DNA of 64,000 bases from the IMG/VR virus record IMGVR_UViG_3300029543_000197, positions 950 through 64,949 of that record; one strand, given 5' to 3'. This document shows positions 1-9,591 of this stretch, one piece after another (position 1 is the stretch's first letter; each line of letters opens with the position of its first letter). Under the pieces are notes generated by a model. That model made no database searches. It was not told the origin of the DNA and saw nothing but the letters and a program-made list of their open reading frames with translations. Source of the DNA: a virus. Both the position numbers and the translations under genes were made by a program.

Positions 1-755
1 GGTTTTTTACGTCCTCGTGAGCTTTCTCGATAATTGTACCGGTAATCACCTCTATTCATTGGATTTCTCAAAAGATCAGCTACAGTTTTTGATGTCCATT
101 CACCGCCTCGTTTTGTAGGGATGTTGTGAGAGTTGTTGTAATTCCTTATAGTGATCGTTGACCCGCCATCTAAATACATTTGATACATAGTTCTCACGTA
201 AGGAGCTTCTTTATCGGAATGTACCGGGCATTTATTTTTTTCATCCCAATCCCATCCATACGGAACCCTTGCCCCATTCCACTGAACGTTCTTCGCACGT
301 CCTATCATTACGTCTTTAACACGCTCTGACGTAAGCTTACGCTCCAATTCAGCGAACACTAATATAATTTTAAGGATAGCTTCTCCGATTGCACTAGAGG
401 TATCAAATTGCTCGTTCAGAGATATGAACGTGACGTTGTTGTACTTAAAATCATCGTACATGAGAGAGAAGTCTACAAGGTTACGAGATATACGGTCAAT
501 CTTATAAACGATTACATGAGATACTTGTCCGGCTTTTATCTTGTTCATCATTCGTTCAAATGCCGGACGCTTCGTGTTCTTTCCTGATTTTCCCGCATCT
601 TCAAATATCTCTATTCGCTTTTTGTCGATGTGCAATACGTGTTCGCAGTATGCTTTCAATTCTTTCTTCTGGAATGGGAGGGAGTCCTTGTCCACCTGAT
701 AGCCAGTCGATACACGGACGTATAGTGCTACTATTTTTTCTTGGTTTTCTGTCAT
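1..755 (-). CDS. Large serine recombinase (phage integrase), N-terminal part; C-terminus lies beyond the window start
   Basis: Reverse translation gives MTENQEKIVALYVRVSTGYQ... with the catalytic-serine motif YVRVSTxxQ, then a recombinase-domain-like region. An AAGGAGG RBS sits upstream of the ATG at 755. The frame is open to position 1. Confidence 0.8.
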   Translation of the reverse strand, partial: MTENQEKIVALYVRVSTGYQVDKDSLPFQKKELKAYCEHVLHIDKKRIEIFEDAGKSGKNTKRPAFERMMNKIKAGQVSHVIVYKIDRISRNLVDFSLMYDDFKYNNVTFISLNEQFDTSSAIGEAILKIILVFAELERKLTSERVKDVMIGRAKNVQWNGARVPYGWDWDEKNKCPVHSDKEAPYVRTMYQMYLDGGSTITIRNYNNSHNIPTKRGGEWTSKTVADLLRNPMNRGDYRYNYRESSRGRKK

Positions 756-947
756 AAAAAATCATCCTCCTTAAAAATGGGTATAAAAATACAACCAACA
801 CAGAACAGTTGTTCTGATTGCATTGGCTGTCCGAAGATGATACAATATTCATTGGCAATTAATGGTATCTCTTCGAGGTGCTGGAAGAAACATATTGGCG
901 TATGATTCTTCAACATTCCGCTCCTTTGGCGAGGGGCGGTTTTTGTT

Positions 948-1151
948 TTATTGGCTGTGAGACCTTAAATACATCTCACGGTTAATGTCCATAACTTTGT
1001 TCTGCAAGTCTTCGTCTAATGTTTGGAAGTGTCCAGGAATATGTATGCCATTTCCAATAGTTTCGTGAACCATCTTCGCATAGGCATTCAATTCTTTTTG
1101 CGTATAATGTGCAAGGCTGTTGTCATAGACGTATTTATTCATATAATGCAA
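948..1151 (-). CDS. Hypothetical protein
   Basis: 67-aa ORF in the leftward lysogeny operon. Confidence 0.35.
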   Translation of the reverse strand: MHYMNKYVYDNSLAHYTQKELNAYAKMVHETIGNGIHIPGHFQTLDEDLQNKVMDINREMYLRSHSQ

Positions 1152-1159
1152 CTATCAAA

Positions 1160-1513
1160 TCACTGATTTTTAGGCTTTTTCACGATAGAAATAATTGCAA
1201 GTATTGCACAAATTAAGCACCATGCAGACCATATAGTTAAATCACTATAACTTCCTCCCATAGTAAAACCGCAGAGTGCAGCAAGTCCAAACAGCACGAT
1301 TAATGCAATGTTGCCACCTTTTCCACCGTTTCGTGTAACGATAGATACAATTCCTCCTGCAAGAAGAAGTATAGCAACAATAATTCCAGCCGAACCACCA
1401 ACTTCTCCATTGTCTTGCAACGTGTTCCCAATTCCTACAGCACATGACTGCATACTGACTACTGCAAATAAAATAATTGACAGTATTCCTGATACAAGTT
1501 TCCAAGTTTTCAT
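1160..1513 (-). CDS. Small integral membrane protein
   Basis: 117 aa with several hydrophobic Gly-rich helices; a possible superinfection-exclusion moron. Confidence 0.45.
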   Translation of the reverse strand: MKTWKLVSGILSIILFAVVSMQSCAVGIGNTLQDNGEVGGSAGIIVAILLLAGGIVSIVTRNGGKGGNIALIVLFGLAALCGFTMGGSYSDLTIWSAWCLICAILAIISIVKKPKNQ

Positions 1514-1602
1514 TTCTTTTTTCCTCTCTTTCTCTTTTGATAAGAACCTGTTCTTAAACGCACCGCACGTTTTATATATAATCGCACTAGGCGGTTATAC
1601 CA

Positions 1603-2139
1603 TTATTTCGTTAATTTATTATATTGATTTAGGTTATCTTCATCATCTTGCTTCTTAAGCTCTGCATTTCTATATATCGCATCGCAAATGCCTTGGGATG
1701 TAAGCTCTTTTTCTCTTTTGATTTTTTTCTGCTCTTCCTGTACGTTTTTCAGGTACTGCATTCTATTGATGCGTGAACGCTCTCGCATTTGCATCTGAAT
1801 TGTTTCTTGGAATGGATTCCCGCAATTAGTGCAGTATTTATAGTCTACGCATTCGATGTTTCCGCAGTGGGAACACTTTTTCTTCGGCATATCATATGTC
1901 GGAACATTTGCATTTACCGTTTGATGCACTCCCGTCCCCTTACTTTTCTTGCGTTCCTCTCGTTTACGCTTAACCAATCGTTCAGCCCACGAGGATATAA
2001 CGTATATCAGCCAAACAAGAATTGCTATTATCACTATATAAGTGAATCCGGCAAGCAAAAGCGGAAAGGCTATAGCTGGAATTAAGAAGCATGAAAAACA
2101 CCCCAAGCATCCACATCCTTGGCTTCTTTGATGGCTCAT
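1603..2139 (-). CDS. Membrane-anchored zinc-ribbon protein
   Basis: 178 aa with an N-terminal CxxC...CxxC zinc ribbon, a basic linker and a C-terminal transmembrane helix. Confidence 0.45.
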   Translation of the reverse strand: MSHQRSQGCGCLGCFSCFLIPAIAFPLLLAGFTYIVIIAILVWLIYVISSWAERLVKRKREERKKSKGTGVHQTVNANVPTYDMPKKKCSHCGNIECVDYKYCTNCGNPFQETIQMQMRERSRINRMQYLKNVQEEQKKIKREKELTSQGICDAIYRNAELKKQDDEDNLNQYNKLTK

Positions 2140-2157
2140 GTCTTTAAGTCCTCATTG

Positions 2158-2454
2158 TTAATTGGCATTTATCATTCGCATTGTTTTCATATATGGAAAG
2201 GTTTCTGCCGAAATTTCAAAGTAATAATCATGCATATGGTTCTTCATTTCTATCATTTGCACATCGGATTCACTGAAATCATCACCTAAAATATGTCTTA
2301 TTTCATGCAAAAACACTTCATGCTGTTTTTCGTAGTTTAATGACGCATCTATGAATATCGTGTAAGAATCATCAGAATTATGTCTTACGCATCCCGGAAC
2401 ACCATAGGATTCATCGAGTATTACTACATTTATATAATATCCTTTGTAATACAA
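2158..2454 (-). CDS. ImmA/IrrE-family metallopeptidase (anti-repressor protease)
   Basis: HEIRH (HExxH) motif, about 100 aa, lying just after (3' of) the XRE repressor gene in the same leftward operon, which is the classic ImmR/ImmA arrangement. Confidence 0.65.
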   Translation of the reverse strand: MYYKGYYINVVILDESYGVPGCVRHNSDDSYTIFIDASLNYEKQHEVFLHEIRHILGDDFSESDVQMIEMKNHMHDYYFEISAETFPYMKTMRMINAN

Positions 2455-2826
2455 TCATTCCTCACCTTCCTCTATTTTACGCAGTTCTGCGAGCTTCTTG
2501 GCAAAATCAACCAGTCTCTCTTTATCAACTGTGTTGTATACGTCAAAGAGAATCTTGTCATTGTTGTAGATTTCCTGCGCTGTACGAGCTGTTTCTTCAT
2601 CAATGTAGTAACCTTGATTGGAAGTTTCTTCGACCGGCTCTTCGCCTGTAAAGTATTCAACACCAACTCCAAAGTAATCAGCTATCTTTTGAAGTTTTTC
2701 CCTCTTAGGAGTGTATTTCCCTTGTTTCCAGCTCGTGAGGGTAGCTGTTGTAACACCTGTTTCTTTTGCAACTCTGTATGCAGTCACATTGTTTTTCTTT
2801 AGTAGTTCTTCAAATTTTTCATACAT
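2455..2826 (-). CDS. XRE-family HTH repressor (CI-like)
   Basis: N-terminal HTH (VTAYRVAKETGVTTATLTSWKQGK), divergent from a Cro-like gene, with an ImmA gene downstream. Confidence 0.75.
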   Translation of the reverse strand: MYEKFEELLKKNNVTAYRVAKETGVTTATLTSWKQGKYTPKREKLQKIADYFGVGVEYFTGEEPVEETSNQGYYIDEETARTAQEIYNNDKILFDVYNTVDKERLVDFAKKLAELRKIEEGEE

Positions 2827-2829
2827 AGC

Positions 2830-3015
2830 TTTTCCTTTCTTAAAATAAACTTAGAAAACTATGCTATTATATGTTGACAAGCTTAGAAAACTATGCTAAC
2901 ATACAGACATAGCTTAGATAACTAAGTTAGAACAATATAAGGTTTCTTAGATAACTTAGATGGTACTTTGATTATATAAGAAACCTTAGATAGTGTCAAT
3001 ATCTAAGGAGGTGTA
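2830..3015. promoter_or_regulatory. Immunity switch region with iterated operator half-sites and divergent promoters
   Basis: CTTAGAAAACTATGCTA occurs twice (about 2850 and 2882), plus three further CTTAGATA(A/G) copies. A TTGACA -35 box overlaps one repeat. The region lies between the repressor (-) and the Cro-like gene (+). Confidence 0.55.
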
Positions 3016-3018
3016 ATA

Positions 3019-3207
3019 GTGTACGAAAAATTCCAATCATTATTGGATAAAACGAACAAAACGCCATATCAAGTATCGAAAGATACGGGAATTTCAACTG
3101 CAACACTGTCTAGTTGGAAAAATGGCGTATATGTTCCGAAAGCAGACAAGTTAATGATTCTTGCGAAATATTTCGATGTATCAATTGAGTATTTCCTTGA
3201 AGAGTAG
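3019..3207 (+). CDS. Cro-like XRE HTH regulator
   Basis: GTG start after AAGGAGGTG. The 62-aa HTH protein has an N-terminus (MYEKF...) paralogous to the repressor N-terminus. Confidence 0.7.
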   Translation: MYEKFQSLLDKTNKTPYQVSKDTGISTATLSSWKNGVYVPKADKLMILAKYFDVSIEYFLEE

Positions 3208-3219
3208 AAAGGAAATAGG

Positions 3220-4005
3220 ATGAACGAATTACAAATTTTTAATTCAGAAGAGTTCGGTGATATCCGAACAGTAACTATTGATAACGAACCAATGTTCTGC
3301 TTATCAGATGTATGTAAAGCATTAGGACTCACTCAACCATCAAAAGTGAAAGAGAGACTGAATGAAAAGGGTGTGAGTAGTATTCCTACCCTTACAGCTG
3401 GCGGAGAACAGAAACTTCTCTATATTAATGAGTCTAATCTTTACAAGACTATTTTCCAAAGCAGAAAGGAATCTGCCGAAAGATTTACGGACTGGGTTAC
3501 ATCGGAGGTTCTTCCGGCAATCAGAAAGAATGGAAGTTATCAGCTTGCACCACAGGGCGAAGAGTTACTTGCACTTGCGGTGATTGAAGCGAAAAAGACT
3601 ATAGACTCTCTGAAAGACCAATGCAAGTTTCTTGGTGAACAGGCTGTTGAAAATCAGAAATTGATTTCCGAGCTACAGCCGAAAGCAAATTATGTAGACA
3701 AGATTCTTCAATCAAAGTCACTGGTAACTATCACGCAGATTGCAAAGGACTACGGACTTAGCGGAAGAAAAATGAATCAGATTCTAAAGGAATTAAAGAT
3801 TCAGTATAAAGTCGGTGGACAGTGGGTGCTGTATTCCAAACATCAGAATAATGGATATGTCCATAGCCGGACGATTGACATTACAAGAGCTGACGGCAGA
3901 CCGGATGTGACAATGCAGACTGAATGGACACAGAAAGGCAGACTCTTCTTATATGAAGAATTGAAGAAGCATGGCTATGTTCCGGTGATTGAACAGGTTG
4001 CGTAG
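3220..4005 (+). CDS. Phage antirepressor (Bro-N N-terminal domain, KilA-C/ANT C-terminal domain)
   Basis: MNELQIFNSEEFGDIRTVTIDNEPMFCLSDVCKALG is a Bro-N hallmark; the C-terminus is a KilAC-like DNA-binding region. Confidence 0.75.
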   Translation: MNELQIFNSEEFGDIRTVTIDNEPMFCLSDVCKALGLTQPSKVKERLNEKGVSSIPTLTAGGEQKLLYINESNLYKTIFQSRKESAERFTDWVTSEVLPAIRKNGSYQLAPQGEELLALAVIEAKKTIDSLKDQCKFLGEQAVENQKLISELQPKANYVDKILQSKSLVTITQIAKDYGLSGRKMNQILKELKIQYKVGGQWVLYSKHQNNGYVHSRTIDITRADGRPDVTMQTEWTQKGRLFLYEELKKHGYVPVIEQVA

Positions 4006-4014
4006 GAGAAATAT

Positions 4015-4164
4015 ATGGAAGAAAAAAGGAGATTTATAGAAGACAGGCTGAAAAAAATCGGCATCAATTCTATTGAAGAGTTGAATGTAGCCATAAAAAA
4101 GGAAACATTAGATATTTCGCTTATGGTTTCCGGAACAAAGAAGAAGGAGGATGTTGCGGCATGA
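4015..4164 (+). CDS. Small hypothetical protein (49 aa)
   Basis: ATG preceded by a GTAGGAGAAA RBS; below the ORF-track length cutoff. Confidence 0.35.
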   Translation: MEEKRRFIEDRLKKIGINSIEELNVAIKKETLDISLMVSGTKKKEDVAA

Positions 4165-4343
4165 AAGAATTGGAAGTAGTACAGGTCAGAAAGAGAAAAA
4201 CGGCGGAACAACCGATGGAGCAACCGGTAAAGAAGCCGGATGCCTACGATAAGGTCGTAGAGAAAGCATTTTGGTTTGTAATAGGATTTTCGATCGCACT
4301 GATGGTATGCTGCGTGGCTTTCGGGCAGACATCGTATGCATAA
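4161..4343 (+). CDS. Small membrane protein
   Basis: 60 aa with a C-terminal hydrophobic helix. Confidence 0.3.
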   Translation: MKELEVVQVRKRKTAEQPMEQPVKKPDAYDKVVEKAFWFVIGFSIALMVCCVAFGQTSYA

Positions 4344-4428
4344 GAAAAGTGCCATAGTGAGGCGGCAACCTCTCAGGCACTTAGCTCAAAAACCAATTAA
4401 ATAATATCACAAATAGGAGAAAAAGAAA

Positions 4429-4647
4429 ATGGCAAAGGAAAAAATAACGATTACGCCTGATGAGTTTGTCAAAAAGTCCGCAGATGCGGCGGCGGATATG
4501 ATAACTAATAGCGAGTGTGGCATTGATTCAGCGGCGGGACAAGCTCTTATCGCTGTTTCGCAGGAACTTTTTGCAAGGACGCTCTGCAAATTGTTTGAAA
4601 TGGAGGAAGAAGATGAAACAGCCGAAGAAGTTGACAAGGCAGAATAA
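4429..4647 (+). CDS. Small acidic hypothetical protein
   Basis: 72 aa, preceded by a GGAG RBS. Confidence 0.35.
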   Translation: MAKEKITITPDEFVKKSADAAADMITNSECGIDSAAGQALIAVSQELFARTLCKLFEMEEEDETAEEVDKAE

Positions 4648-4798
4648 GGTCCTGCTGGAAAAGGTGGGTTTAAACCCGGAAGAATGGATGAACCTACTGG
4701 AAGATAATTTGTATCTACACATTGTTCAGAAACATTCGGGCGAGCGTGTAGTCAAGATTATAGATAAGAAGAAAGGGGATATAATCGGTGGAAATTAA
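4613..4798 (+). CDS. Small hypothetical protein
   Basis: ATG at 4613 preceded by GGAGGAAGAAG; overlaps the upstream gene. Confidence 0.3.
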   Translation: MKQPKKLTRQNKVLLEKVGLNPEEWMNLLEDNLYLHIVQKHSGERVVKIIDKKKGDIIGGN

Positions 4799-6812
4799 AA
4801 AGGTTAAGTTGCTGTCCATACATATTCAGAACTTTAAAGGATGCAAGGATCGCAATATTGAATTTGGTGAAAAGACAAGAATATTCGGTGCAAATGCCAC
4901 CGGAAAGACTACGCTATTTGATGCGTTCACATGGTTACTGTTCGGAAAGGATTCGCTGGGAAGTGCTGATTTCGATATCAGACCGCTTGATGCTGATGGA
5001 AAGATGATTGATAACATTGAGATTTCCGTCAAGGCAAGAATGTCCGTAGATGGCGAAGAGTACGAACTGAAAAAGACACAGAAGCAAAAATGGGTGAAGC
5101 GTCGAGGAACGGACACAACAGAGTTCCGGGGAAACGTTAATGAGTTTGAGATTAATGGTTATCCGAAGTCACAGAAGGAGTTTAAAGAGTTTATCGCAAA
5201 CATTATTGATGAAGATGTGTTTACTTTGGTAACGAATCCGTCAGCGTTCAATTCACTGGCATGGAAGAAACAACGTGATATTCTCATGAAATTTGTTGGA
5301 GATTTCACTGATGAACAGATCGCCGGAACATTCGGTGACAGATACGCAACGCTGATTCCTGAATTAAAGATTGCCAGTACAGATGACATTCTCAAGAAGT
5401 ACACCAAAGCAAAGAGCTTACTTAACAAAGACATGGTTGAGATTCCAGCAAGAATTGATGAGGTGTCTAAACAGCTTGTTATTGCAGATGTCGGAGCATT
5501 GGAAGTTGAAAAAGCTGCAAAAGAAGCGGCTTTACAGAAGGTGGAAGATGAGATTTCCGGTGGTAGCGGAAAACTGGAAGAGGTTAATTCCAAGCGTGAA
5601 GAGGTCATGAATCTCAAATTTCATCTGTCAGAAATTCAGAATGCGGAGAATCAGAAGTTGCTTTTGGAATCAACTGATATCCGAAATGACTTATCAAGAA
5701 CGCGGGATACATTGAATGATCTCAAGCGTGATGTATTGAATAAGGAAAGCGAAATCAGGGATGCTCATGTAAAGTATGAAGATCATGAGCGTGAAAAAAA
5801 TCGGCTTTTGGTTGAATGGAAGTCTGAAAAAGCAAAGGCATATCCGGCTCTTACTCCGTTGGAACCGCTTACGGACGGCTCGTTTATCTGTCCTACTTGC
5901 GGACAGGACTTGCCGGAAGAGGTAAAGCAGAAACGTATTGCTGATTACGAAGCTCGCAAGGCTGCATATGAAAGCAAGTACGAAAAAGATAAGGCAGAGT
6001 TTGAAGAAAACCGTGCTAAAAGGATTTCGCAGATTGAAGCTGATGGAAGGTCAGCTGCTAAATCGAGAGACAAATTTAAAACCTTGGAAGAATCTCTTAT
6101 CAAAGAAAAAGATGAGCTGACTACCAAGTTGGCAGATGCACAGAGGGAATACGAGATTGTTAAAAAGGCTGTAGACGGAATGCCAAAGGTTGCTGATGTT
6201 TCAGAAAATGCAGAGTATAAGGCAACTACAGAGAAAATCTCGGCACTTGAAAAAGAGATTGAAGAAATGAGCAAAGATACTTCTTCGATGGAGTTGAAAG
6301 CTAAGAGGGACATTTTAAAAGATGAAATTTCCGAGATTACTGTAAGGATTGCGGCAGCAGATAATACCAAGGTGAAAGAGCGTATTGCTGAACTGGAGGA
6401 AGGGCAGAAGGAAGTTGGACAGAAGATTGCAGAACAGGAACAGATGATTGACCTTGTGGAAGATTTTATTCGGGCGAAAATGAAAATGATTTCTGAAAAG
6501 ATCAACGGAATGTTTAAGGTGGTTTCATTCAAGCTGTTCGACAATCAGATCAACGGGGGGCTGAAAGAAACTTGTGAATGTACTGTAAATGGCGTTCCGC
6601 TTTCAAGCTTGAATAACGGGCATCGGATTGTTGCAGGATTGGATATTATTCAATCATTATCCAGTCTGTACGGTGTCAGTTGCCCTATTTTCGTGGATAA
6701 TGCGGAAAGCATCAACGACTTCAATGTGCCGGAAATGGATTCTCAGATGATTTGTTTGGCAGTAACCGATGATAAGGAATTAAAAGTAGAGAGCGAGGTT
6801 AAATATGATTAA
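4788..6812 (+). CDS. SMC/SbcC/Rad50-like AAA ATPase (phage recombination-associated)
   Basis: N-terminal Walker A (GANATGKTT), a long coiled-coil middle and a C-terminal Walker-B-like IFVDNAE. It sits upstream of a RecT-like gene. Confidence 0.65.
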   Translation: MEIKKVKLLSIHIQNFKGCKDRNIEFGEKTRIFGANATGKTTLFDAFTWLLFGKDSLGSADFDIRPLDADGKMIDNIEISVKARMSVDGEEYELKKTQKQKWVKRRGTDTTEFRGNVNEFEINGYPKSQKEFKEFIANIIDEDVFTLVTNPSAFNSLAWKKQRDILMKFVGDFTDEQIAGTFGDRYATLIPELKIASTDDILKKYTKAKSLLNKDMVEIPARIDEVSKQLVIADVGALEVEKAAKEAALQKVEDEISGGSGKLEEVNSKREEVMNLKFHLSEIQNAENQKLLLESTDIRNDLSRTRDTLNDLKRDVLNKESEIRDAHVKYEDHEREKNRLLVEWKSEKAKAYPALTPLEPLTDGSFICPTCGQDLPEEVKQKRIADYEARKAAYESKYEKDKAEFEENRAKRISQIEADGRSAAKSRDKFKTLEESLIKEKDELTTKLADAQREYEIVKKAVDGMPKVADVSENAEYKATTEKISALEKEIEEMSKDTSSMELKAKRDILKDEISEITVRIAAADNTKVKERIAELEEGQKEVGQKIAEQEQMIDLVEDFIRAKMKMISEKINGMFKVVSFKLFDNQINGGLKETCECTVNGVPLSSLNNGHRIVAGLDIIQSLSSLYGVSCPIFVDNAESINDFNVPEMDSQMICLAVTDDKELKVESEVKYD

Positions 6813-7098
6813 GGCAGAAAGAAACGGGAAAGGAACAGGATCAGTAGAAATCAGCGGTTTCCTGAGCGACACTATGAATGAATTTAAGGGGATTTGTCGT
6901 GGAGTAAGAAAAGTGTTTGTAGATAAGTTCGGAGAGGATGCGGGAGAGAAAGTGTTTAACATTCTTGCAAGCGGAAAGCCTGATGATGAAATCGCAAGCG
7001 AGATAAATGAAGTTCTCAAGGATGTTTTTATGGAAAAAGAAAAGAGAATGGATGCTTCTGATGCGATAGGGGCGTTATTGAGACACGTGTTTGAATGA
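6805..7098 (+). CDS. Hypothetical protein
   Basis: 97-aa ORF, translationally coupled to its neighbours. Confidence 0.4.
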   Translation: MIKAERNGKGTGSVEISGFLSDTMNEFKGICRGVRKVFVDKFGEDAGEKVFNILASGKPDDEIASEINEVLKDVFMEKEKRMDASDAIGALLRHVFE

Positions 7099-7322
7099 AA
7101 GGAGTAGGACTAATGTTATATATCAAAGCCAGATATATGAAAGATGGCGTTCAGCATGGGCGTGAATACACGTTCGGTTCAGATGTGATCGTGAAGCCGG
7201 GAGAAGTAGTTTCTATTGGAACTGCGAAAGCTGTAGTAACTGCGGTTGATGTTCCAGAGACGGAAATTCTTCCTTTCCGGGAGAAGCTGAAAAAGATTGA
7301 TGGGAAAGTGGAGGAAGAGTAA
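7095..7322 (+). CDS. Hypothetical protein
   Basis: 75-aa ORF. Confidence 0.35.
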   Translation: MKGVGLMLYIKARYMKDGVQHGREYTFGSDVIVKPGEVVSIGTAKAVVTAVDVPETEILPFREKLKKIDGKVEEE

Positions 7323-8380
7323 TGGCAGAGAAGAATGAAGTTGCTCAGAAGCAGGAATTTACAACTGGTTTGAGTCAGTGGACAAATACCATAACTGGTC
7401 TTGTCTCAAGGGATTTTGAGCAGAATGGTGTTAAGTATGATGAATATTCTAAGAAGTGTGCTATGAACGCAATGTCTGCAATATTCCAGTTGGTACAGAA
7501 CACCGACAAGGCAGATATGAAAAGCCTCAACACCTCTAATCTTAGAGAAGTTGTGGCACAGTGTGCAAGCCTTAAGCTGAATGCTAGTTCAATGCCAAGA
7601 GAAGTGTATTTTCAGCTTCGCAGTAAGCAGATCAATGGTCAGTGGATTAAGCTTGTCGAAATCGGTATTGAGGGTGACGGGAACGATGCATTATTAAGAA
7701 ATTTCGGCGTGAATGTCGATGCTGTCTATCCATCTTGGTTGGTAAAAGAAGGTGATGATTTTATATATCCAAAGTATAAAGGGTTGGAGATCACACCGCC
7801 TGAATGGAATCCAAAAGGACTTTCTGAAAAAACCGTTCGTGTTGTAACACCGATTAAGTTAAAAGACGGAACTATTGAGTACAGAATAGCTGAAAGAGAA
7901 GCGGTTAAGAATAATTTACTGGCACATATATCTAACAATATGATGAACGAAACATTCGGATTTGTAACCGGAAAGAACTCTAAGGGGAAAGACCGGACGA
8001 GACACGATGCTACAGCGGAAGAGAAAGCGAAAATATCTGCAAAAAAAGAGGAAATCTTGTCAGCCGTTCGTAAATGTGAAACACTGGAAGACATTTTGAA
8101 TAGTGAGGTTGCAAGACCGTTTATTAGTTCGGCATGGCTTAATACACCCGAAGCAATGATTGTTCGAAAGATGCGGAACAATGCTATCAAGAAATTCCCG
8201 AAAGACCTTAACAGTATGGCGTCAAGTTCTCTTTTACAGTTGGATGAAACGTATAAGGTAGCACAGGAAGAGATCAAAGAGAATGAAAATTCACAGGAAT
8301 TTGCAGTTGAAGACGAACCGGATGTAGTAGTTGAATCAGAAGCTGTTGAGGTGGAAACGCCGGAATTCGCAAAGGAGTAA
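7322..8380 (+). CDS. Putative RecT/Redbeta-like single-strand annealing protein
   Basis: 352 aa. It follows an SbcC-like ATPase and precedes SSB. Its profile is RecT-like, with an acidic C-terminal tail (EDEPDVVVESEAVEVETPEF) typical of SSB-interacting annealing proteins. Confidence 0.45.
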   Translation: MAEKNEVAQKQEFTTGLSQWTNTITGLVSRDFEQNGVKYDEYSKKCAMNAMSAIFQLVQNTDKADMKSLNTSNLREVVAQCASLKLNASSMPREVYFQLRSKQINGQWIKLVEIGIEGDGNDALLRNFGVNVDAVYPSWLVKEGDDFIYPKYKGLEITPPEWNPKGLSEKTVRVVTPIKLKDGTIEYRIAEREAVKNNLLAHISNNMMNETFGFVTGKNSKGKDRTRHDATAEEKAKISAKKEEILSAVRKCETLEDILNSEVARPFISSAWLNTPEAMIVRKMRNNAIKKFPKDLNSMASSSLLQLDETYKVAQEEIKENENSQEFAVEDEPDVVVESEAVEVETPEFAKE

Positions 8381-8384
8381 AGAT

Positions 8385-8714
8385 ATGGAATTAAAAGATT
8401 TAAAAACAGGAATGGTTGTTGAAACAAGAGATGGTACAAAATACTTGATCGTCAATCAGGATGGAAAATTATACGGTATTGGAATGAACGGCTATATGTC
8501 GCTTGATGGAGGATATCCACATAAAAGTGATATGACATGGCCGGATGATTCTGACCTTGATATTATGAAAGTTTTCAAGCCAGCATTAAGAAAATTTAGC
8601 ATCATGCTTTCAGATGAACGTAACTGTATTTGGAATCGTGAAAAAGTACGAAAAATGACCGCTTCTGAAATCTGCAAAGAGCTTGGATATGAAGTGGAGA
8701 TTGTAAAAGAATGA
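8385..8714 (+). CDS. Hypothetical protein
   Basis: ATG preceded by an AAAGGAG RBS. Confidence 0.4.
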   Translation: MELKDLKTGMVVETRDGTKYLIVNQDGKLYGIGMNGYMSLDGGYPHKSDMTWPDDSDLDIMKVFKPALRKFSIMLSDERNCIWNREKVRKMTASEICKELGYEVEIVKE

Positions 8715-9100
8715 CAGCTCAAACAAAGTGGTTAAGTGATGCCATTGAGGATATGAAAAATGGCACTTATGACATGACGGTTGATGGAAAATGTAGCCAG
8801 TGTGGTGCGTGCTGTTCGAGATGCCTGCCTTTATCCAGTAAAGAAATCATTACGATTAAGCAGTACATCAAAGCTCACGATATCAAGCCTTACAGACACT
8901 TGTTTCCAGTATCTAAAGAGGTTTACGACCTGGCTTGCCCGTTCATGGACGATTCAAAGCTGAAAGAGAAATGCAGAATCTATCCAGTCAGACCAGAAAT
9001 ATGTCGGCAATTTATTTGTAAAGGCGATAAGAAGCCATTCAGGATGAAAGCCACAAGGTATGAAGTGGTCGATGTTAGGAAGGAATTTTTCGGTGAGTAG
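8711..9100 (+). CDS. YkgJ-family cysteine-cluster protein (putative Fe-S/Zn-binding)
   Basis: CSQCGACCSRC motif (C-x2-C-x2-CC) plus a downstream cysteine, as in the UPF0153/YkgJ family. Confidence 0.55.
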   Translation: MTAQTKWLSDAIEDMKNGTYDMTVDGKCSQCGACCSRCLPLSSKEIITIKQYIKAHDIKPYRHLFPVSKEVYDLACPFMDDSKLKEKCRIYPVRPEICRQFICKGDKKPFRMKATRYEVVDVRKEFFGE

Positions 9101-9115
9101 GGAGGTACATATAAA

Positions 9116-9571
9116 ATGCCAAATTGGTGTGAAGGAAGTTTGAAAGTTCGTGGAACAAAAGAAAATATGACGAGATTTATTCTTGAAGGCTTACGTCCAG
9201 TTGGATTCCTTGGTGAAGAAAAAGCAAAGCTGCAGCTGGATGAATATGGCGATATTAATTTAAATGAAACATGTTGGATTGAAAACACAAGAAGGGGATT
9301 TGTCAAAGGTGTAGAAGTTTATCTTTCTGAATATGAAGATGATGAAACCTTTGTTGAAGTCTTTGATTCCAAGTTTGCATGGGGAATTTCAGCAGATGAA
9401 CTCCTGAAAACATGTGAAAAATATCATGTTGATATGAAAATTCATGGTTTTGAAATGGGGATGGAATTCAATCAGGACATTGAAATTGTTGATGGAAGAA
9501 TTCTGAAAGATGAAGAACTTCACTTCGAAAATTATCAATGGGATTGCATCTGTCCAAATATGGGCGGTTGA
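9116..9571 (+). CDS. Hypothetical protein
   Basis: 151-aa ORF. Confidence 0.4.
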   Translation: MPNWCEGSLKVRGTKENMTRFILEGLRPVGFLGEEKAKLQLDEYGDINLNETCWIENTRRGFVKGVEVYLSEYEDDETFVEVFDSKFAWGISADELLKTCEKYHVDMKIHGFEMGMEFNQDIEIVDGRILKDEELHFENYQWDCICPNMGG

Positions 9572-9591
9572 TATGACATCAGAAAAGAAAG

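Noticed and set aside
560-858. Track ORFs 560-757 (+) and 601-858 (-).
   Set aside because: Both lie inside or out of frame with the well-supported serine-recombinase CDS (1-755, minus), which has a strong RBS and the catalytic motif.
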